A DNA stretch of 64,000 bases from the human T2T-CHM13v2.0 reference genome, Homo sapiens. A program made the translations under genes and the position numbers. This document shows, in pieces, positions 54,398-64,000 of this stretch. The DNA lies in NCBI RefSeq assembly GCF_009914755.1, contig NC_060925.1, one strand, 5' to 3'. Every line of letters starts with the position of its first letter. Position 1 is the first letter of the stretch. The notes beneath the pieces are model-generated. The model was not told the origin of the DNA and did not search any database. It was given only the letters and a program-made list of their open reading frames with translations.

Positions 54398-57350
54398 AGA
54401 AGATTATTTTTACAATTGTGGGGTGGAAAACACCTTCCTCAGCATATCAAGAAGCCTGGAGACTATAAAGGGTAAGAGAGATTAAATTAACACAAAATCA
54501 GAAATTTCTGTATGTCAATGAAACCATTGACCAAAACAAACAAACAAACAAACAAAAAAACCCACTTTACTCTTGATAGAATGCAGGAACTCAGTGGGGG
54601 ATCCAGGGGCTTCTGGGGCCCTGGTAATGCTTTGTTTTTCTGATACATTGCTGTTTACTATATATACACTTTTCCATTAAACATTAAAGATATGCCATAA
54701 GCAAGGTTTATACGGCAGATATTTTCCACACTCATGGCAAGGGATTAATTAACATTAATGCACACAATGTTACAAACAATGTTAATAAACAGGAATTCTT
54801 ATAAGACAACAAGATGAACATGCAAAGCACTCATGGAGGCAATCCAGAAAAAGAAATTCAAAGAGCCAATAAACAGATGAAAAGATGTTTAGGTTCTCTA
54901 CTAATCAAGGAAATGCATATGCAGAGAGAGGCTTGTTTTCCGCTTGCCAGACAGGTAAAGACTAAGAAAACCGACAAACCCACTTAGCTTATTGGAAAAT
55001 GGACACCCTCAGGCACAGATGAAAATGGTGCTAATTAATTTGACCTTTTCAGGAAGGCAGTTGGCAATACATGTGAAAATGTAAAGGGAGCATGCTTTTT
55101 ATCCTGATAATCTCATTCCCAAGGATTTTATTGATGGAGGTGGTCACACAAGTTAACCAAAAAGAAGTATGCAGTGTGGTTTATTGGAGCATGATTTACT
55201 TTATAAGACCAAATGGCACCAAATAGGGAATTGATTTGCTAAGTTAGTGCAAATCTATAAAATGGAATATAATGTGATGATGTCAAACGATGTAATTCTG
55301 CAACTATTAAAATGGAAACACATCTACAGCATCCTGTTGAGGGAAAATAAAAAGTGAGCATGAACCCAGAAGCCCATTTGTTGACATCAAGAAAGAGAAA
55401 AAAATGATATGAACCAAAATGTGAGCAATGCTATTTGGGTGGTATGATTTGGAGAAATTTTTGCACGTTTGTACTTTAATGTATGAAATGTTTATGATAA
55501 AACATTTATTGTTTAAAAACAAACAAACATAACCTTTAAAAATGAAACCCAGTTTAAATAGTTTTAGCTGAAAAAAAACTAGAACAACAATTATGCTAAT
55601 AAGCCACACTAAATTTTGAACATAAAAAAATCTTTACAATTAATTTTCTCTTTTTGTTGGTTTTCTAAGTTAACCAGAATGGCTTCAAAATCTAACTTAA
55701 TTATCCTTGCTTTGAGATTTAGTAGGAGTTTTGGTTTTATTATATACGTATTTTGAAAGCACTTTATTAAGTGTTGGAGGAGGGGGAGTAGGTTGTCTGC
55801 CAATTACTTACAGATCAGATTCTGTTACATTTAACCTATTTCTGCCTGGGGACCATATCCCAAGCTCATTCATTTACTGATACACAACTATACAGAAATG
55901 CAACTCCAAATTTATGCCAAATCCAGGATGAGCTAACAATTATTGGATATTTAAAGTGTTCTAAAAGTATCACCTTCTTTATTTCATTAATCCTCACATC
56001 TACTTTATGCTGTGGGTACAATTATTTATGAGGAAACTGAGGATTGAGCCATTTAAGAGACTTGACTAGGATCATGCAGATTGTAAATAGCTAAGCTACA
56101 ACATGAGCTATACCTCACTCCAGAGCTCTGATAAACAATAAAAGGTACCAAGAAATAAATCTAGTAAACGATGTGCAAGACCTTTAAAGGGAAAATTATG
56201 AAATTTTACTGAAGGACATAAAAGGAAAACTGAATGGGGGAGAGATATACCCTGCTAATCGGTAGGAAGGACTAATATTCTAAAGATGTCAATTATCCCC
56301 ATGCTAATCCATAAACACAATACAATAATAATTTTTTAAAATCCCAACAGAACTTCAAGTGAACATGATAGGCTGATTCAAAAGTTTCCAGGGAAAATAA
56401 TTTTGAAGGGCAAGGACAACTTACCTTTCCCAACACCAAGATTTATGATTAAGTTCTAGCATTTTCGATTGTGGTTGTTAGCGTTGTACAAGGTAAATAG
56501 GCCACTGGAGAAACCAGACACAGACTCAGATGGACACAGAAACTCCACATATGTGGGGGAGGTGCTGCAAAGAGGAGGGGAGAGGTGGATGACTCAACAA
56601 ATAGCGCTAGGAAATTGGCTAGATGTTGAGGGGGGGTAAAATTCACATCTTACATAGAAAATAACTGTATAAAGTGAAACTCTACTGCAGAAAACCAAGA
56701 AAAAATAAAACTTTAAAACAATTAGAAAAATTAAGAAAAAAATCTTTATGACCATGAAGTGGAAAGTAATTTTTTACATAAAACACACAAAAGCACAAAC
56801 TGTTAAGGGAGAGATTGATCAAATTGACTACAGTGGAACGCTTTTCTATGATAAAAGATACCATAATGAAAGTTTTTTAAAAAGGCAAGACACGGACTAG
56901 AAAAAGATATTGGCCATGCATATAATCAATAAAGAACTATCCTTCAGAATATGTAAAGAATTCCTAAACATTATTTAAAAATGACAAACTGCCCAACAGA
57001 AAAATGTACACAGAGAAAACATGCATGGCCAATAATCAAAAGAGACATGTTCAACGTTACTAGAAACCAGAGAAATGCAAATTAAAATAATCATATATCA
57101 TCTCATGTTCTCTTGCACAGCAGGTGGAAGTATAAATTGTTGCAAACACTTTGAGACCTGGCAACATCCTCCAACGTTGAAGACCCATGTACTCAACGAC
57201 TCAGCAATTCCACCTGTAGGTATCAACCACAGAGGGGCTGAGACACAAACGCAGAAGGAGATACAGACGGGCTGGTACTTGCATTGTGTGCAGTAGAGAA
57301 AATGTAACATCTTCAATACATGGTTATATAAGCTGTATAATTATAAAAGG

Positions 57351-57673
<323 letters not shown>

Positions 57674-58035
57674 TTAACATTCATGAATTAAGTCCACAGG
57701 TATCAACCTGTGTGAACCTCCTGCACACAATGATGAGACAAAAAGCGATGCATCCGGATAGAATACTGATGACAGACGCAGGTTCAAGGCCAGCACTGTT
57801 GCTTTCCAGCGTGTGATCTTGTACAGGTTACCTTGACCTCTTTGTTCCTCAGTTTTCTCACCTGAAAACGGGATAACAACACCTAGGTTGTGGTAAGGAG
57901 TGAACGTATCACTGTATGTGAACAACTCAGCATGGTGCTCAAAGTTCCTTTAAGGCAATGGATGTTTTCTATGTTGATTGTGATGGTAAATTTATGAATT
58001 TATACAAGTGATAAACTGTGAGAACTTCACATACA

Positions 58036-58060
58036 ACACACACACACACATACACACACA
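58036..58060 (+). repeat. (CA)n microsatellite, interrupted
   Basis: acacacacacacacatacacacaca. Confidence 0.85.
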
Positions 58061-58379
58061 GAGAAACACAAATGAGTGCATATAAAAAACTGCTGTAACC
58101 TGAATAAGGTCCGTAGTCTAGTTAATACAATCATGCCAGGGTTGGTTGGACCCCTGATTTTGATATAATATCATCGTTATGTGAGAGATCAGCCTTGGTG
58201 AAAGCTGGGTATAGGTTACATGAGACCTCTCTGTGCTATTTTTCAACTTCCTGTGAATCTACAGTTATTTCAGAATTACAAGTTATTTCAAGATAAGGGA
58301 AAAGAAGTGAAGAATCTGAATTGAATAAATACATTTTATTAAATCTCCTTGGTGGGTATTTGTGTTTGCAGTAGTAATG

Positions 58380-58600
58380 ATAATTAAAAACAACTACTCA
58401 TAGGTTTCCCTATGCCAGGGGATTTATCTGTATTAACAGCTCTCAGGCAGGTGCTATAATTATTCCCTGTTTACAGATGATGAACGTAATGCACAGAGAG
58501 GTTAAGTAACATGCCCAAGATCGCACAGCTTCTACAATAGGGTGCTAGATTCCAGCCCAGGCTGCCTAGCCCCTGAGTCAAGGCTCTTAATGACTTGTTA
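58380..58600 (+). mobile_element. MIR SINE
   Basis: tttacagatgatgaacgtaatgcacagagaggttaagtaacatgcccaagatcgcacagct. Confidence 0.8.
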
Positions 58601-60029
58601 CATTATAGCACCTCTCTATTCTCTATCATTCTCTGTAATTTACTTTATTTTAAAAATATTCATTTGTTAAAAAAATGAAATAAATAGTGGAAAATATTGT
58701 TAAAAGCAGAAATAATAAAACTCGCCTCGTGGAGGGTTTGTAAGAATTCAGTGACACAGTCATAGATGTATCAGGTCTGAGGGGTCTCGGCGCCAGCTCC
58801 TGGCCGCTCTCCCCGTGGCTGCCCATGCACTCCGCTCTGCAAGGCCACACTGTGCCCGCCACTCTACCGTCTACACAGCCACACGCTATGGTGTACAAAA
58901 CCTTCTGGAATCCATGTCATCCCATTTGTAGCTGAGAGAGTCCTGCATTCATCCTGCTTTATGGATAAGGGGACTGAGGCCTGGAGCAGACACAGGGAAC
59001 AGGAGCTGAAAACCAGGTCTGCGTGAGGGCAGAGCCTCTTAGCCACTGGCCGCAGCATCTCTCAGGGATACTGTGATGTGCCACCCGGACGCTCGGTCCA
59101 GGAAGGAACTCGCTGCCCCAGTGGACAGGGTTGACTGTCACCACACAGCCTTTAACTGTCTCCACTTTAGGGGCTGCCCCAGTGGCAAACAGCACTTCTA
59201 CCACTGCCACACCCTCCCAGAGTACCCCGTGCTACGATTGACTGACAGAGGTGGGGTATGCGTGCCAGTTGGTCAGGCCCCAGGCAGGCCTCTCCAGCAG
59301 CCTGTTTGCTCTGTGGCTCCCTGTGGGATCAGTGGTCTCCATCTGGCCTGCCCAGGCCTGCTTCCTTCCCTGCCTTCCACAGGTGTGGACCCCAGGAGCA
59401 CATCCTAATACACATTCTTCATTCCCTGCTCTCCAGGGAAGCTGCACGAAGAGGGATCCCAGGAGACCAAGGCTGGTGCTGAAGGGTTTCCTGGAGAGAC
59501 GTGATGAGCCCAGGTGAGGCATGGAGCCCCTCCTGAGCAGCCCCTCCTGAGCAGGAGTGGAGTCGCCTGGCTTGTGAGAGCTCGTGGTCAGGAAACTGGG
59601 AAGTCAAACCACAGAGGGCTAGTCAGGGCCCCAGGGCTGCCCCAGAGAGAGCTGCCGGTGGGCAGCATCCTTCCGAGGCTCAGCGCCTGTGGGCGGGTCA
59701 AGGCAGTGCTTCCCAGTTTGTCTCTTATTTTTAGCAAAGTTGCCTCTGCTACAAAATCCGTTATTTGAAGCATTTTCACTGCTCTACGCCCTCTGGTTCT
59801 GCACTGCAGAATTTTGTAAACAGGGTTGACTCTAGTTTTCTATGTTTTTAACTTCTTTCTCCTTCTCACCTCATCTGACTTTATTTTGATCTTAGGACAC
59901 ATGAAGAGAACCCTGGCTCTCATTATCTCCCTGTTTGAAATCAATCTATTGCAGCCTTCTCAGTCTCCCGTGTACCATGCCACATCACCTGTGTGGCTGC
60001 CCCCTACCCCTCTGGGGTCATTTGTACCC

Positions 60030-60099
60030 TGTGTGTGGGAGGCATTTACTAACTGTTTATTTGGAGGAATAAGTGAATGAATGAATGAATGAATGAATG
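60030..60099 (+). repeat. L2 3' end with (TGAA)n tail
   Basis: gaggcatttactaactgttta...tgaatgaatgaatgaatgaatgaatg. Confidence 0.75.
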
Positions 60100-60804
60100 T
60101 TGGTTATCTCCAACCCTTAGCACAGTGCCTATGGTGACTTATGATAATTACATTATTATTAAATGAGCAAATAGATGTGGGAAGATTAGCAGAACCCAGT
60201 CACTCACCATTCACCATGAATCAGGCCTGAAGTTTAACTTTCCTGCATCTGTGAACAGCGTTTCACTGAACCATGTGAAAGTGTCAGCAAGATTGTGAAG
60301 AGCGTCTGTCGTATTCATATTCATAAATTCAGAAACTCATTGGCCTGGAGGAGACTTCAGTGATGATAGAAACCGGGTGAGGGCCTACGTGGTATGAGAG
60401 GAAGGTGAAGGTCAAGAAGCAGCAAATACATGATCAAGTGTTTCTACGTGTTGACCCAACGGCCCTAGGAGATGGATGCTGTCACCATCCCCGTTTTCCA
60501 AAGGAGGAAATTGAGCTCTGTAATTGGGATTGCTCCCAGTTTTCTCCCTTCCTCATGTTTGTCACTCTTTCCTCTGATGGTGAGAACCGTATCTCCTGTT
60601 ATCCTTAATATGTTTCCTCGTGTGATCAGAGAGATGAAATCTTTTGCCTGCAGTCACTCAGACACGTGGTGGAGCAGGTGGGTACTTCACCTGGAGGGTT
60701 TGGTTTGATAAGTCCCCCTCCAAGAAATGCTCCTATGGGCACGGGCATGGTTCCCAGGACATCACTTCATTAAACTGAATAGCACGTGTTCCATGGACTG
60801 TTCT

Positions 60805-61263
60805 TGTGCTGGTTAATTATTGGTATCAACTTGATTGGGCTAAGGGATGCCCACATAGCTGGTAAAATATTATGTCTGGGTGAGCCTGTGAGGGTGTTTC
60901 TGGACAAGATTAGCATTTGAATCCGTAGACCGAAAAAAGAAGATCTGCCCTCATCAACGTAGACAAGGTGTCATCTAATCAGTCCATCAAAGACCTGAAT
61001 AGCACAGCCCATCAGAGGAAGGGCAAATTCATTCTATCTGCTGGAACCAGGACATCCGTCTTCTCCTGCTCTCGGATTTTGGTGCTCCTGGTTCTTGGGC
61101 CTTTGGACTTCTGGACTTATGCCATCAGCCCCCCTGTTTCTCAGGCCTTTCAACTCAGACTGAATTACACTACAGGCTCTCCTGGTTCTCCAGCTTGCAG
61201 ATGACTGACTGTGAGACTTCTCAGTCTGCAGAACTACGTGAGCCATTCTCTAAGTAAATAAAA
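60805..61263 (+). mobile_element. MLT2B ERVL LTR, 3'-truncated
   Basis: tgtgctggttaatt...tcaacttgattgggctaagggatgccc...gattagcatttgaatc...ctggttctccagcttgcaga. Confidence 0.9.
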
Positions 61264-62504
61264 TGCTTTCTGCTCAGTCAGAGGGTCTCAAGACCCCAAG
61301 CAGCTCATCTCTGTCTGGGTCGGGCTGAAGACTCTTCTCTAGCTGAGTCTGTAGCCTGTGCCTCATGGTGTCGTGGGGTCCCTCAGCAGACAGGGACCTG
61401 GCCGAGCAGTCCTACAGCACAAGTACAAAGCCCTTGTTTAACTCCAGAGGCTGTGGCTCAGTACCAGAACTCACCCCTTTCTGCCTGATGAAGTTTGAAA
61501 CACCACTGAGAATAAAGGGGAGGGTGGAGGTGCATTTGTTCGCCTGAAGAGGCATGTTTTGCAGGCAGTCCAAGGGGACAGGAGGGCTGCAGGGGCTGGT
61601 AAGGAAAAGCAGTCAAGGCTGCCATGGGGGTGGGAAGCAGGTGTGAGGAGAACATGAGGGCCAAGCCCCCTGTAGGGGGGCTCCTGGAGCACATTATAGT
61701 ACAGGAGGGCTGGTGTCAGACTTGCCTTCTCACCTCATCTGATTTTATTTTGGAGATCTGAGGACACATAGAACACAAGGTCACTGAGATTTCTCCGTCC
61801 TACAGTTTCTACAGAGGGTATCATGTGCCATCAGTTTCTAGAGAGTATCATGTGTTATTCGCTTTTACAGGTTTTTTCCCCTGAAATGTCAAGTAGATCC
61901 CTAGAAGCACTGAATGGAGAGAAAGGGGATTTGAGGGTCATTCTGTCCCATTTAACAGTCGCCTGGAATGAATGAGAGCAACCAGATCCACTTGGAATCC
62001 ATCGCCTCCTCTTCCTTCTCCCTCCTGGTTTTGCCTGTCTGCTCCCAGTTCCCACATTAACCTGGTCCAAGGCGAGTGGTCAGTTGAAAGGCTTCCATCG
62101 TCTGGAAAAATAAAGAAAATAGAAGCCCTTCAAGCCTAGCTCTGCCACACTAGTGGCAGCTGCCTTGTGCCAACACCTTGGAAATCCTCTGGGCTTCCCA
62201 GGCCACAGGCTCTTTGGTGCCACCTGAAATGACACCAGGCTCTGAGTGGGTCAGCAGGGGAAGGTTAAATCGGGGACAGGAAATGTGTTGGCTTCCAAGC
62301 AGAGCAGCCATGACTCTTAACTATTCAAATGCACAGTTCATCCCTGGAAGGGCCGGTCAGGGCTGCTAGGGGACACCAGCCTCCTGGGATCTGTGGCCTG
62401 GGCTTTAGGCTTCTATACCATTTAGAGATCAAAGATGATCAAAACCCAACAATTTCATATTGTTCAGTCTAATGCTCAATCGTTCAATCAATCCAATTGC
62501 CGTA

Positions 62505-62670
62505 TATCAACACCACAAGAACCCTGTGAGGCAGACATTAAGGTCCTTATTTTATGAAAAACAAAGGCCCAGAGAGTCTAAGCCACTTGCCCAAAGTCAC
62601 ACAGAAAGTGACAGAGTCAGAGTCTGGATGTGCACAGGTCAGAGTGAATGCCGACTGAATGCTGTGCCCA
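62505..62670 (+). mobile_element. MIR SINE
   Basis: aaccctgtgagg...aaggcccagagagtctaagccacttgcccaaagtcacacag. Confidence 0.75.
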
Positions 62671-63549
62671 TCGTCTCTCAAATTGTCTCAAATCTGCTCT
62701 GTGCTTTGTTCCAGCCACTCCCTAATGCAGCCACGTTTATTCTCCCCTGCTTTCCTTTGCTCATATCATGACTTCCTCCTGAACTCCTTTTCCCTTCCCT
62801 TCATTTATCCTACAGATATTTATTGACAAACTACTATGTGTCAGATTTGCAGTTAGGAGCTGCAAATATGATCCTCGAATCAGACACTAAAGAGTTTAGC
62901 AACCAGTGTACACGAAGGATATTTCTGTGACTCCAACTGTATTCTGTTCGGCAAAATAAAATTTAAAAAAAGAAAAATATCGTGATATAAGGAGTGCAGA
63001 CAATTTTGCCCAAGGCTCTTTGCCAGTCTTAGTGGTATGTGCTGACTTCACAGCCTGCCCCCATGTTAGACTCCACTCTAAGCCCTGGCTTGGTGGAAAA
63101 GCAGAGGCTGGGAGCCTGGGGGTGTAGAGTCAGTCTGGAGAGGAGGAACAGTATGAGCATTGTAAAAGTCTCCATGGGGATGGAGCATCAAGTATGGGGT
63201 GAGAAGAGGGGAGGAGAGGGGCAGGAGATAAGGTGAGGGAGTTGGCAGGAACATGCAATGAAGGCCCTTGAATATCATGCTAAGGAGGACAAAAGTTATC
63301 CTGGAAGCCAGAGGTTTTCACTGATATGCCTCCCTTGAGGGACCTCAGGGGTCAGAGGTGGCCCTGTGAGGAGAGAGCAGAGACAGACAGCCTCAGTCTC
63401 TCTTTCGCTCTAAGAAGTTCCACTGCTATCAGCTTTAGATTTGGTGGGGGTTCCATGTCAGAATCAATTTGGAAAAAAAAAGTGTTTGACTCTTAATGAT
63501 AATAGTATTCAAAGGTGCATTAAAAAATTAGAAAACTGCATCAATTATA

Positions 63550-64000
63550 TTTTTGCTTCTGGCCATGATGAACTAACAGGAATGGAGTTTACTCTCCTAC
63601 CTCAAGTAACCAGAAAAGTGGACGAAACACATTAAACAACTGTGTCGGACATTCAACAGCTGGCCACACAGGCATGTAAGCAGAGAGAGAAAGACAGCAA
63701 GTGAGCCATGCCCTTCAGCTGCCGCAGATCGCTCTCCGGAAGTGGCTTCCAGACTGCAAAGAAAGGAGGGAAAACTGCAACAGAGCCTGGTAGCTTTGAT
63801 GATTTGAGGAGAAAGAGAACAGAGTTTGAGAAGGCCAAGGTGGCTAGAATTTGAAAGACAGAATATTGAAGAGGGTGCTGCACAGAAAGGGACCTCCAAA
63901 GACTTGAGAGGGGTCCCCTCAAGAATCCGTCTAAGTAATGATTTACACATATGTGAAAAAAGTATCTGAGGCCAGGGGAAACAAAAACACCAGAATAGGG
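63550..64000 (+). mobile_element. Old L1M (MC/MD-like) 5' region, runs off the window
   Basis: cttctggccatgatgaactaacagg...tttactctcc...acagagtttgag...gaagagggtgctgcacaga. Confidence 0.55.

Noticed and set aside
55805-55875. Minus-strand peptide LGIWSPGRNRLNVTES ending at a GTAAGT donor, faintly like kainate receptor sequence
   Set aside because: An in-frame stop lies immediately upstream, the match is very short, and no companion exons are present
63736-63744. Perfect ETS motif CCGGAAGTG
   Set aside because: A single motif inside an old L1 5' region with no supporting promoter context

Overview
This is simian-primate (very likely human) genomic DNA. It is intergenic or intronic, and roughly half or more of it is interspersed repeats. 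I can support no protein-coding gene, RNA gene or CRISPR array. The longer ORFs in the track are Alu, L1 ORF2 or THE1/MST-internal remnants, or chance ORFs in GC-rich DNA. Repeat content: nine full or near-full Alus plus one Alu fragment, many MIR and L2 relics, MaLR/ERVL/ERV1 LTRs (two complete LTR-int-LTR MaLR proviruses with intact 5-bp TSDs), one hAT DNA transposon, and L1s of several ages. Subfamily names come from remembered consensus sequences, and boundaries of old repeats are approximate. I did not find a new biological system. The best-supported unusual structures are mechanistic scars that can be read from the sequence: (1) an L1PA insertion with a twin-priming 5' inversion, a probable 3' transduction and a TSD (52348-54411); (2) a ~113-bp insertion in an MST 3' LTR, apparently copied from a decayed L1 about 6.7 kb downstream; (3) a perfect 45-bp tandem duplication; (4) a dispersed ~45-bp direct repeat with exon-like properties. 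Several unique-sequence islands look like candidate regulatory elements: a palindromic ATCAAT/TAATTA homeodomain cluster near 6.0 kb, inverted AP-1/ETS 12-mers around a CpG patch near 32.2 kb, and a GATA/T-box cluster plus a 4-tier G-quadruplex near 26.5-26.8 kb.
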